The position numbers and the translations under genes were made by a program. Under the pieces are notes generated by a model. That model did no database searches. It had not been told where the DNA came from and saw nothing but the letters and a program-made list of their open reading frames with translations. Shown here in pieces: positions 24,272-36,843 of a stretch of DNA of 37,065 bases (the stretch's first letter is position 1; each line of letters opens with the position of its first letter). This DNA is from Gonapodya sp. JEL0774 (taxonomy: Eukaryota), in NCBI GenBank assembly GCA_027604505.1, contig JADIIX010000083.1, positions 62,001-99,065 on the forward strand, given 5' to 3'.

Positions 24272-25342
24272 TAGCGAAAGGTTCCACGTAGTTGTTTGTT
24301 GCGGCAGCTAGGGGATTGAATGCGAGTTTGCTATTGTGATGCCTTCGCGATATCTAGATGACCACATCGTTATATTGTGGACATACTTTGTCCAGATGTC
24401 GCATTTCCATCGGGCAAAAGAGCATACACATATTAGCATGACTTCATTCATGAGCATGACTTCGGACTTCAATCTCCTTCACTTCACCGCAAATCCAGAT
24501 TTTCTGATGCTATTATGGTGGCCCTTCCGCCTCTCTAAGCTCGTCCCTCCATGGGCATGTGAAATCATGGTGGCCCAAATTAAGTTGAGTTTGAATTAGA
24601 GGTACGGGGGCACGAAATGGTCTGTCCCAGAGTGAAGCCCTCCACGGCTCCACGGACACTCACACAACAGTTCGTTTTTTAACAAGTGGGCGTAGCAATA
24701 AACGTTATAACTTCCGTCATCACTCAGGAGGATGCGGAGCCAGCCTACACAGTCTCGCCCATGCTGAGGAGGTGCATTCCGTATTTTGTTTCAGTTCATT
24801 CATTGACAACTAATCGACTACGGCGAACCGAGGGGGGGGAAGCGAGTGTGGAGGCAGTTTCTTGGTGGTGTGCGTAATACGAATCATACAGGGATAATTT
24901 GTTTTCATTGGGGGTATCGCTGACATGTAAATATGAAGTCCGTCAGGAGGGGTGGAATGGGATATAATCAGTTGGTTGATGGGACGAATACGCTATCTGG
25001 ATCCGTATCACGGACAGAGTTCACGGTCATGCTGGGGGGGTGGGGGTGGATGGTTGGGGTGGGGACAACGTCATCGAACTCGCTTTGAAGGGCATCCGCA
25101 AAGACTCAGCGAAAATAGAGCTTTCATTCTTTCAGATCAGCAAACGTTGTGTGAGGGGTTCCGAGCCACCGAGATGGGCGGATTTGCTTCGTTTGTCTGA
25201 CCCTGCTTGGACAGCATGGTCGTGTGGCTGTGCTGTTTGGAGTGGGTTCCGGGGAAACTCACACCGTTAAATTCTGAAGGAGAAACCAAAGAAGGAGCAA
25301 GGAGCGCGGAACATTTTACGAGATAGAAACTGATCAGACAGA

Positions 25343-28300
25343 ATGTCTGTCATTTTCGAGGTCAACTATGGTCCACGCACCAAAATGGTGCTGTTTGGAG
25401 GTGAGTGGGAAGCAGATAAGAGGACGGGCGGGAGGGACCGAACAGCAGTGGTAGACAGGAAAGCGGAAGGTACTGGTGAAAGGCGAGGATAATGTGGAGG
25501 TGCCGGAGTACGTAAGACCTTATGTTGCCGGATCTGGCGAGAGTTCTGAAACCGCTTGGTTACACAGAAAGCAGAAACAAGCAAGATATTCTAGCGAGTG
25601 AAGGAACACGGAAGTCTTCAGGCTGTGGAAGGATGAGGATGATCAAACACCATCATTTCAAACCACCCGATGATTGAAAAATGTGACTCTTTGGTCGCCC
25701 GTCGAGCGACAATACCTTGAAAGAGATGAGCACGGAGCATAAGTCTCAGTGTTCCAAGAGAAGTCGAAAACGGCGATGCTGGCGAGAGACCGTAACCTGG
25801 GTTCCTAACCCTCTAATGTCCACAGAAAAACCGAAATCACTGAAAGAGTTCGAGGCCAAAGTCAGGTCAAAAATTGCAGACATTAAGAAAGATGAGAAGC
25901 TAGAGTTTGTCTATGCGGGTCGGGACTCAAGCCCAGTGGATCTTGAGGGTAGGTTTCTGGCACCTCCTCTCTTTTGATTTAATGCCGAATCCCCGTTCCT
26001 CCCCGTTTCCTCGTTTCGCCCCGTTTCCTCGGCTATGCAGAGGATGAGGACCTAGAGATTTTTCTCATCGAGTTTGCAGACGCTCCCAAAAAGGTATACC
26101 TCATCCGTGATGCCTACCCACTCCCACCGCACCTTTGTGGTCGACCCGGCGTCCGGTCACCGACTCCCAGTTCCCCATCCGCCATGAACTTTAGCAATGG
26201 GCCTGCAATGGCACCTGCCCCTATCGTTCCAGCAACCATGAACGGCAATGGCAACGGACCTCGTGCGCCCTCGCCTCCTCCAATTCAAATACCTTCCCTG
26301 CCGCATCCAACCGAAAATCAACCATTAGTCGTGAATTTGCCACCGGCACCGACCTCGAGACCCGCACCTCCTCCACTTGCCACCAACCCACCCCCACCCG
26401 TTAGCCCGCCTGCTCCCGCCGTTGCGCCCCCACCGGTACCTGCCGCAGCGCCTTCTTACCCTGTCCGCACCGACTCTTCCCTCCTTTCGAAAACTTCCTC
26501 GTCAACGGCGTCCTCCAACCCCTCCATTAACGGATCCAGCTCCGGGACAGCCGGCACATCGAAGACCAAAGATGCGGTACGATCCCGTCCCCCTTCGGAT
26601 AATTACGAAGTGCGTGCATCTATGGCGAACGGGAATGGAGGGGGTAGGAAGTCTCCTTCCCACGACGCCCGTGGTGGCAGCTATGCACCAGCTAAAGCGG
26701 ACCTCGCACCTTCACGCACCTCCGCCCCCTCCCTCACTCCCCCTTCTGCTCCTGGGGGCACAACCTGGGGTGGTGAAATCCCACATTCTGTTGCCATCCA
26801 TGCCCCAACGCAGCCCGTTTCTTTCAAACCTCCTGTGCTTCCTCTCCCCAACGGTAACACGATCCACACAGAGAGTGCGGGTGATAAAGGCGATAGACGA
26901 CTCCAGCCTACGGAGCCCAACAATGTTTGGGGGGGTATGTACACTTCAAGTAAGGTGGCGGACTTGCCCACCTCTCAGACGGTCTCTGAACTGATGAACA
27001 CGAACGGACACTCAAATGGAACATCGTCAGCACCCCCGGCGGTCGCGGAGAACAAAGAGGCTGTTGAACAGTTCCGCAAGAAACTTCAGGAACAGGAACT
27101 ACAGGGCAAGCTCGCAGAACAATCCGCATTAGTGGTAGAGGCGGTTAAGAGCTCTTCAGACAATGCGAAGCACAAGAAGGGGCTTTCCAACTCGTCAACC
27201 GCAAGCGGTGGCGGGGGCGGCCTTATGATGGCACAAGCAGATAATGGGTACAGTGTTGGCAGTGCACGGCCCAAGAGTGTCCGCGACGCCAGCATGAAGT
27301 TAGGGGCTCCATCTTACACTGGTGAGTCGTCAAAGATCGTCTCACTGTTGCACGGGGCCAACAACTATGTTCATCTCCAAGGTCCGCCACCTCCAACTAC
27401 TCCACCTCCCCCCACCGCTGCACCTGCGGCCCCAGGTCCTTCGATAACCCCCTCAGGCCGGATTTTAATCGTGAACATCGCCTATCTTCCAATGAATCCC
27501 GACGAACTGGAGCTGCGGATCGGTGACAGACTGAGAGAGGATAAGTGGTATGACGATGGATGGAGTTTTGGGTGAGTGGAGTCTCGTTATATCAAGAAAT
27601 TTCTTCGCATCTGAGAAAAAGGTGACATTCGCCACTCTACCAACGCCCTCGGACAGCACCAATCTCCAAAATAACCGGCAAGGTTTCTTCCCACAAGAGT
27701 TCGTTTCGCAAGCTCCTCCCCCACCTCAGTTCGCACCCGCCGGTGCAGCAGCTAAAGCGGCGGCACAGGCACTTCAAGCATCCGGTGCGGCGAATAAAGT
27801 GCCTTCTAAAGGCACTGGTGGACAAGGATACTCTCAGCCGCCGAAGGTCCAGCAGCCGCAGCAGCCGCAGCAGCCGCAGCAACCCCAGCAACAATGGAAT
27901 CACCAGCAGAAGCCCAGCGGAGGTGGCGGAGGATCAAAGACGCCCGCCCCTCAGAGCATCAGAATTGGCAGTTTGTCCGCTAAGGCGCCAGTTGTGCCTG
28001 TGCAGAGTGCAGGTGGGTTGTACTTTGTTGTTGGAGTTACATTTGAAGATGGGGTGCAGATGTACTGCGATAACTGGCGCTTATGAATCGGTACTTGATG
28101 TTCACACTTACTCTTCGTGGTATCAGCCCCAACAGCACCCCTCTTCCGTGTCAAGATGGCGTATCAGTCAGTTCAGCCTGACGAACTTGACATACGCGTC
28201 GGTGACCGCGTGAGGGAGGACAAATGGTACGATGACGGCTGGAGTTACGGGTGAGGGTGACAACCAGCTCTGCTCCTATTTGTTGAGTATTCTCATTAAG

Positions 28301-28658
28301 TTCGTCATTCACTCTAGAACCAACCTTGACACCTCCAAGCAAGGCTTTTACCCTCAGGAATTCGTCGCGCCACTGTCGTCAGCACCAACTGGCCCCCTTC
28401 CCGGACCTCCAGCTGCTGTTCCCAAGACGGGAGGGACCCAAATTCCTTCTTCACCACAGTACGATGGTCAGAGTACCGTAGAAGATGCGCCGTATAGGTA
28501 AGCAACATCGACTGGCAGTCAAGGGACTCCGATTTTGTGATTGTTCCAAACCACCCTTCCTCATTCTCTGACCGCAAAGCTTTACCAAGTCGCTCACACT
28601 ATCGCAAGCGCCGCAGCCACCGAAGCAATCACAAGGCGGGTGGTTCAACAGGAGATAG
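25343..28658 (+). CDS. PB1-like domain - proline-rich linker - SH3 - SH3 scaffold protein, 7 exons
   Basis: Exons 25343-25400, 25826-25948 and 26041-27571 give MSVIFEVNYGPRTKMVLFGEKPKSLKEFEAKVRSKI...LEFVYAGRDSSPVDLEEDEDLEIF. SH3-1: AYLPMNPDELELRIGD...DDGWSFG|TNLQNNRQGFFPQEFV. SH3-2: AYQSVQPDELDIRVGD...DDGWSYG|TNLDTSKQGFYPQEFV. Confidence 0.85.
27850..27893 (+). repeat. Coding (CAGCAGCCG)n repeat encoding QQP
   Basis: cagcagccgcagcagccgcagcagccgcagcaacccc lies between the two SH3 domains. Confidence 0.8.
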
Positions 28659-29351
28659 GAGGATCAGCCGAAAGAGTTGGTGAAGTGATGGTAGTGAGAG
28701 ATGATGATAATTTGTGATACATCGGTGTGTTTGAAGTTGAAGTAGGATATCGCAAATTGTGTTTTGGATGTTATTCTCCTTCAGAATTTCGGGTTCTGTA
28801 TGTAGTTATTACACAAATCGAAATGTGATCCCCACGTGCAATCGTTTTGAGTTCACCTGTAGACTCTTCTCCATATAAAGAGGTTATAAAGCAATCCCAG
28901 TCTCATGAGGGTGAAAAATTCGTTCCGATATTATGATATTTTCGACTCGGAAACGAACAAAACCACAACACGGCCGCGTGTGGAAGAACATTTGGGCTAT
29001 CGCACCCGATGAGTTGAACTTACAATTTACAGCAGTACGAGCCTCTCCGTCAGTGCACACCAGTTCCTCGCGCCAGTAAAAGCGTGGTAGCACGTGAGTG
29101 CGGTATGGTGTCATTGGTCATATCTTTCACTACTGAGTCGACAGATGGTACTCTTATATGCCCAGCCAATAATCAACATACTTCGGTGGTACCCTTCTTC
29201 CGAGGATATCAACGATAATTAGATTGCCCTTTCCAATAATGATGGACACGGACCGAGCTTCTATCCTCATACATCTCCATACTTGTCAGATACCTGAGGC
29301 TGGGCACGGCCAAACCTCGGGCGCTGAGCAACGAGATTTCCAACATCAATG

Positions 29352-32300
29352 TCATCCGGATCCTCTTTGTAGTCGAATGCCTGTTGTGTAAGTACTGTGT
29401 ACGGAAAGCCGACTCAATAATTGCTCCAAATTCTACGAAATCATTCAGTACTCACAATAAACAGTCGCTCCAATGGTCTTTACCAAAGCGAAGAACGTGG
29501 TCGAAAAGAAGAGGAATCCAAGATACTGTACCCCACTTCCGGCGTCCGTGTTAGTACCAGCATAGAGCACGCCCGGTACCGTTAAGGCGATGATCAGGAA
29601 CAAATTCGAAAGCATCCACACGAGCACGAGCATTGTGCGGAAGTATTTTTTGTCGTCTTCGGCTTTGTCTTTTGCAGCTGCATCTGCTTTCTTCCGCTTC
29701 TCTTCAGCTGAGAGTTCAACTGGCTTTACCATTTCCGTGTAAAGCTTGTCATATGCCTTGTTGGCCTCATCTCTCTTGTTCTCGTCTGGCACTTCAAGCA
29801 AAACTTCCTCCTTCTTCCCGCCCACATTGGTGGGATCATCCTTCTTCTTAGCAGAGGCAAGAGCATGATCATCCTTGTCCGCACCCTTGGTACCCCAGGA
29901 GATATCGTGGGTGTTGCAGTAAGCGTAAACTGATGAGGAAAGAAATTATTAAGTATAAAGAAGGACAGTCGGCAAACGATGGCCAGTTCACCTTGCATCA
30001 TGTTCGCGTAAAATGGTGTGAGAATCATATACTGAACCGCGGGTGGGACAGAAAAAGAGCCTTAACAGAAGAATACTTCTACTTTGCTCCATTTCACCGT
30101 ACCTGAGGAAAGCTGTTGAACATATGCCATGGGTCCAGAAAAGCGAAACTCATGATGAACCAAAGACCATAAGTTGAAGCTAACGAGACAACAATGTTGC
30201 GGAAGTTAGAATCCTGCGATACGACACGTACGGTTAGTATACAAAGGTGCCTAGAAGAGAACAACAGCACAAGCACGAACTCGGAGAAGCGCTCCACCGA
30301 GGGTCGTGTTGCCTATTGCGATTTCGTCCTTCACGTTGATGATGGCCTTTGCGACTCCAAAGAAGATCATGTATATCAGGAGAACCATGATGAAGGCCCA
30401 AGCGATGGTGCAAACAAGACTGATGGTCTTCGCGCCATCAGGACGATTACCCATTGAAAGAACTTAGTAAACCAAGTATTGTTGGCAATGGGTACATCAC
30501 AAATTGAAACCATTGTGACCGATACTCACTAAATTGAGTGACGATTAAAACTAAATAAAGGCCCTTCAAGGGTTCTGCAATCCAATAACCACCCTTGCCG
30601 AATGCACCCGTACCGTTACAGTTATCATATTCTGCCTGTGTCGTTCCGCACGAGTTAAGTTGAACAACGAAGTAGAACACCAGGTAAAAGTTTGCCTGAA
30701 AACAAAAAGTCTGCGGTGAGATAAACGCTAACAATGCAAACCGATATTGGGAATACTTCTCACCAATGTGAACCATGCGAAAATTTGAACCAAAAGGTTA
30801 TAAAGCGTCTCAAATACAAACATGGTCTTCCGCCACGTAGTGTGAGATGATCGGAAAATGTCGCGCCAGTTCCAGATTGCGTAAAGGGCGGCAAAAGTAG
30901 ATCCGTTCAGCCAACGACGCCGTTGCTTAATGAGCTCGGGAATGGCATCGGGAACATCGGTTTCAGCGCCAGATGTGCGCTCGTAGCGAAGAACCCATGC
31001 CTCATCTTTCTTCGACACAAGTTCGAAACAGAGAATCCGATCCTCGGCTTCAAGGATTTCAAAAGAATTGAGCACTCCCAACCGAATGAAGCAACAAACT
31101 TCGCAAACACCAACCGAGGTACATGTTGTTGACAAATGTGCCTTGGGACGAAATGATTAATTTAAAGGTCATCAAGTGCGGCGTTTCGGTTACTAGCGTT
31201 TCGGTACTGACTGCCTTGCAACTTTCCACTGTGTAAAAGTTCTCCCTTGAAGTAAGACTGAAGTGGTCCGGTGGGATTACCATTACTATCACGAGTGTTC
31301 GACTGGAGAGCAGCGTAGCGGTAAGCAGAGAAGGCGCCAGGGAGCACGGAAATGTAACCGAAGGCTGATTCCAGAGGTTTGTCGAGAATGTTTGATATTT
31401 TCTAGGTCGTGTGCATTGTCAGATTACTCAAGACCGTAAGATGCACCACCGTAACACTCACGTATTCGAAATTCTGAGCTGCCACCAACGGATTCAAAGC
31501 ATTCTGCCAGTAGGGACCCAGCTCGGCACGAATCTCTCCGCAGGCACCTCCCACGTTTGGGTGCCTGTCGAACACACGCCACAAATGGTACACAGCTTTG
31601 TCCATTGGACGGGTTCCAACATCGAGAAGAATAGTAACCTTTGGCCTAGTCAATGGGAAGAACAACTCGTAATTCAGCTTCGTCCACCGAAGTACAGAAT
31701 TTGGTGATGTCAATGACTCCCTCATACGCACTGTAGAATGGGGCACAGAGCATTAAAGAACCATCTGTGTGAATTAATCTTCTTCCCATTCGCCTCCTTG
31801 AGGACGAAGATGACCTGGATGGGTACAGTCTGTTGTAGCCGCATATCTTCGTCCACCATGACCTGCGTGGTGTATTCGAAGATGTGGGCGGTGACCTTTG
31901 ACTGGTCTGTCAAGTCGTCGACCGTGTGTTTGTTGGGGACCTCGCCGACCATAACGCCTTCTTGGTAGACCCCCAAAAGGCCGAGGAGTGCTTGTGTTTG
32001 TTTGTTGATGGCACTCCGGCCATCCGACACGACCACGACGACAATCTTCTTCCACGAATCAGGACCCCAGGTGGCATTCTTGGTCTTTTGCATCATGTAG
32101 GTGATGTTACCGACTACTCCGGCCCACGATTTGGCAAACAATTCAGGTGATTCATTGTACATCGTGCAACCTAGAAGAAATGTTCCAGAAGCAAGCTCAA
32201 CAACCTTACAAAAATCGCAATTTTTCAACAGAAGAAGAACACGAACAGATGGCAAGTTCGATCTGACGGGGAGTCGAGTGCTCCTTTGGTCGCAAAGTGA

Positions 32301-32667
32301 AGCCCTCTTTTTGGAAATCATCCGGATCACAAGCGGGCGCTGGAAAACAGGAAATATAGAGTCCATGATTATAAACTTTCCCGCAGAAGTGTCCAATTGC
32401 AGAGTTCTCACCAGTATATCGTAGATACTCCGTCTCCCATCCCGTCAACTGTGCTCCCTCGATAAGTTTTGGTGGTACCCGCACATCCACCTGAAGATTG
32501 CCTTTAGGAGTCAAGGCAAAAGACTTCCTAGTCTTGGAGCGCGCAAACCCTGGTGCAGGTGCGGTTGGGGCAGCGAGGAACTGGCTCTGAGTCCCTCCAC
32601 TTTGAGGCACCGTGTAGACCGTGTCGTCGGCGGGATACTGTGAAGCAGGTGCTGCAGGAGCTGCCAT
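29352..32667 (-). CDS. chs: Chitin synthase, division 1 (class I-III-like), multi-exon
   Basis: Motifs [82 protein letters not shown] and HDISWGTKG, with C-terminal hydrophobic helices. The start codon is uncertain. Confidence 0.96.
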
Positions 32668-33225
32668 TGCGAGTTGCTGCAAATGGCAGAGTCTTCCGAT
32701 TCCGGGTCGCGAGAGTGAAAGGGACAGGAAATATTCAAGCCCGCCATCAGCACAGCAAGGATGTATGTATTGGCAAGGTCACCAGAAAACAGAGCCATAC
32801 TTGCGAGTTTCCCAAAGCTGAAAGTGGACGATCCCTCACGTCGTTGTTACTCGTTGATTCCCAAACTATGATATATGTGCTCGCCACATCAGCCACTCAG
32901 TCGGATACACACAGAAGTAAGCCCTTCACCACACAACAAAATAGAAAAAAGAGTTCTTCGGAAGCAAGCAGTATTCGGGTACGCTCGCCCGAACACCAGA
33001 AGGCCAGAATGTAGAGTTCAGATAAAGGTAAGAGAACTTGAAACCTTTTTTCTTATGCATGAAATTATTGCAACCACAAACCGGCTCAGTCTGCCTTCAA
33101 CGTCCCTTCGCACCCTTCTCAAAAACGGAACAATACCATATTGATTGAGATTACACAAAATTTCTTCCGCTTTTAGCTCATTGCACAGATATCTGGCTCT
33201 AAGACGAGTGTCCAAAGCCTCACTT

Positions 33226-34909
33226 TCAGAGACGCTTGTTTAGTGGGGGAGGAGGACCGCTGAGTTCCATATTCCCCAAATGCCCCACATTCTGAGGATC
33301 AGGTGAGACAGGGGGGTGCTGTGGTGGACCGGACTGTTTAATCTGGCTGTCATTGGCAATTCGGTTCATCCCTTTGAGGAGAGGTGGTGGGCCTGATGGC
33401 TCTGTTCGAGTTATCATGTTCAACAATGGTGGGGGACCAGAGGGTTCCATGCTGAGATGTTAGCGAGAGAGAGAGTAAGTGTAATCTGCTGTTGAGTTTC
33501 GTGCAAATCCTTCATTGTTATGGGTCATATGAGAGGATACGCGGAGGACCGCGAAAGAAATGAATAATTGAGAGGAGATTTAGATGGACAAGAACGCTCG
33601 AAAGAATGACCAAGAAATCTGTTTTGTGAGCGGCTCACCGCGGAATGATTCCCGCGCCCGAAGGCGAACACTCCAAACGAGGAGTGTTCGAGCAGCTGGA
33701 TGAAACATCTCATGACTCACAGTATAGATTATCCAATTTTGCCCAGTTGAATATCGTTTCAGAACGAGAGTTCTTCACTCCAATGGGAGGAGCCTGGAGG
33801 AGTCAAGGATTCTGAGGATGAAGAGTGCCCTGTTCCTTCACAAAAATATCTTCGATACTCAAATCGTCTTATATACGCGGTATGATGATACGTCGACTGA
33901 GTAGCCAAAATATTAATTCTCATGGAAATATTTCCCCGTATTTTCATAAACCTTTCCACAAACAATTGACGATCTCGCGAGAGTAGAGCCCGCTTTGAAG
34001 TCTTGGAAAGTTCGATACCCATTTTACCTTCTTAACCTTGGTGGTGGTCCTGATTGCTCTGTACCTCCTGGACCTCCCATTGGCCTTCCCACACGTGGTG
34101 GTGCACCAGACGTTTCAGTGTTCCCACCGAGCGCTCGATTAATGCGGGGTGGGGGCCCTGAAAGTTGCGTGGGGTCCGGGTGGGGTGGCCTGCCACCACC
34201 GAGACGGGGCGGGGGACCAGATTTGTCGGCGTCCACGCCCGCGGCGGGTGCGGCATGCGAACGGGGCGGTGGTTTGTCGTCGTCAACCGGAATATCACGG
34301 CTGACACTAGAGTTTTGCTGTATTAAAAACCCAGAAAGGAGTGGACCAGAATGATGGAGCGATTGTGGTCAACAAGGTCAACGTTTCAGAAACAAACAAA
34401 ACACAGAACAAGAACTGTACCTTCAGGTTAAATATTTTTGGGTTCTGCTCTTTCAGCGCCGTCATCGCGAGTGTCAGGTCCTCGTCGTCTTTCGACCAAG
34501 AAATGGAAAGAAAGAGGGAATGCTCATGTGACCATGATGGTCTCTCCCCAGTAATCACAGCTTTCCAAACAAACGAATACCTTCTACGGCCACAAAGTCA
34601 CCACTTTGATTCTTGTATTCTAGAGCGAGAGAGTCCCCGCATTGAGGAATCTTCTTCTTTATGGCAACGATTAGGTCGTCAAGTTTCGGAGATCCTTTGA
34701 CCACAGAAACATAATGAATACAGCAGTTAACCACATAGCAAAGTGCTCCAGGTTTAGCAGAGTACGCGAAGCGCAGTAGGGGGAGGTACCCATATCTCTG
34801 AGACGCCTATTCCTGCCCTCGCTAACCAAGACCCACCAGCAAATGGGAACAACTCCGCCTTAGGCGAGCCATTGACTTCATATCGAATCTGGAAAACAAT
34901 TTCGGACAT
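33226..34909 (-). CDS. PB1-domain protein with C-terminal SGPPP repeats; exons 34909-34837, 34694-34581, 34488-34421, 34317-34028, 33451-33226
   Basis: Splicing gives MSEIVFQIRYEVNGSPKAELFPFAGSPKLDDLIVAIKKKIPQCGDSLALEYKNQSGDFVAVEDDEDLTLAM (OPCA-like Y-x4-GD-x-V-x-V-x-DDEDL), then eight SG[PA]P[PQ] motifs. All junctions are GT-AG and phase-compatible; the last acceptor has a ctaac branch point. Confidence 0.78.
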
Positions 34910-35084
34910 GTTGCGTACCCTCTGTTTGGGTTGCAGGTGAGATGCGAAAGGAGAGGGAACTCCAAGGAAGTTGGGCCATTTGGAGGCACACTACCAAATC
35001 AACCCTACACACATATTGGCGACAAGGGGCTGATATCCGATACAAGGCGGCAAGGGAAGATTTCCATTCTCTCTTGACCTATAG

Positions 35085-36843
35085 CTACAGCCTGTACTCA
35101 GCCCCCTTCTCATACTCCACAACATTGTCGAGGGTCCCGATCTTTTCGATGAGGATTTGCACTCTATCACCATGCCTGATCCACACTTTCGGGTTCCTCG
35201 CGACACCGACTCCAGATGGGGTTCCGGTCATAATAATGGTGCCAGGGACGAGGGTTGTACCTTGGTGAGAACAAATCCATTGTTGCAAGATGCGGGCGGA
35301 TGCGAACGTGAAAACACCACACTGACCTTGACTAAGAAACGAAACCAGCTCAGCCACACCGAAAATCATGTCCGCCGTGTTCGAATCCTGCATGGTCTCT
35401 CCGTTAAGCACAGTGCGCAGTCGCAAAGTTTGTGGGTCCTGGATCACACTACTGGAAACGATTTGCGGTCCGATTGGAGCGAAATTGTCCTGCGTTCCGG
35501 TGAACGAATGATAATTATCATTTGACCACAAGAGATATTCTGTACGCGCTCCATCTCTTCGTCGAGTACTGTGGGAAAACAGGTACCCCACTCTGTTCCG
35601 CGCCTGGCTTTCTTACCTACCATGCCCTGAAAATAACCAACGGAGAGTGAGAACCATCGGGCGACATACAAGACCTTCACAAGAATCGCACTTTTCCAAA
35701 ATTGAATTGTCCACCACATGCGCGTTGCCAAACCCGAGCAGAGAGATCACTGGGAAGTTGTGCATATAGACGAGGAAATGAAAATCAACGTGCATGCTGA
35801 AAAATGCACTTTCGAAGCACAAGCAAGGAGCTTGCCACTCGACTTACTTGCCACATGTGTATCCAAGAACGTGTTCGAGAGCCTGGATACTCAAATTTCG
35901 GCACGTCAGTTATTGGCACATGTATATGAAATGCCTTAGTATGTCGTACTTTCTCTTTTGGAATATTTGTACCCTTCTTGCCGATGACGACAGTGAGCTA
36001 GGAACAGAAGGTTAGCAAAAACGAAATCCTTCTTCTGTTCACTTTTATCACGAACCTCACACTCATAATCCATCTGTTCATCGTTGACGATCTTGGGCAG
36101 AACAATTTTACCCGGTCCAGCAAGGGCGTTGAGGTTCTTCGCGAAGAGGACAGGGTGGGCCGGGATCTGAGACTTTAGACGTGGTGGTAATATTCGTCAT
36201 TGTAATGAGCGAAATAGAGCGGAAGCGGCGGCACACAGGGTTCGGAAATATGTATGGAGGAACTTTGTACCTTGGTCTCGTTCGCGTGGGCATGATAATT
36301 TAGGCCAATACACCAAATCACCGGGACGGACTCTAGTGGAGAGAGAAGCTGTGGAATATCGGCGGAAAAAGCGTGTGATAAGCTTCTGTCAAGACTTTGT
36401 AACAGCAGCATGCAACTAGTCCCAGCCGCCACGGTGAATTTCATCAACCAAGGGGGATATCAGTTTAGGCCCCGAAGCTCACCTTCTTGACAGTCAACGT
36501 GAGAGAGCCGACTTTGCCTTCGAGCAGTCCACCAGTGATTTGTTTCGCCTTGATGGGCTTGGATTCATCGAGAGAACCATCGGCAGTTAGGGAAGTGTCA
36601 AGCGGTTCCCCTGAGTGGATGCCACCTTTGAGTTAAAAAATCCACACACACAGATAGCAAAGAGTCGTGGAAGAGCGATGCGACATCGGGTGAGAGGGGC
36701 GGTTGGAGGATGCGGCCAACAACGGAAGCAAAAGCACGACAGATATCTCAGAATCAAAGTATTGGCAAGCACCATGATCGGAAGTGCAGCAACTGACCCT
36801 CAACAGCTTCAAATCGGATCAAGCGCTTCCAGTTGGGTGCCAT
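35085..36843 (-). CDS. Fumarylacetoacetate hydrolase family protein (FAHD2-like), multi-exon
   Basis: MAPNWKRLIRFEA, CIGLNYHAHANE, MDYECELTVVIGK, GYTCGNDLSAR, GKGMDNFAPIGP and GTIIMTGTPSGVG recovered by splicing. Confidence 0.92.

Noticed and set aside
24300..25340. Short ORFs upstream of the PB1-SH3 gene
   Set aside because: No recognisable product or splice model; a small gene or relic cannot be excluded.
25990..26031. Short CCCCGTT(T)CCTC repeats
   Set aside because: Pyrimidine-rich intronic slippage repeats before an acceptor site; unremarkable.
33226..34236. Multi-core RiPP or Kex2-processed peptide precursor, or plant SGP-peptide mimic
   Set aside because: The repeats splice to a PB1-like N-terminus, there is no signal peptide or regular KR cleavage sites, and no tailoring enzymes are nearby.
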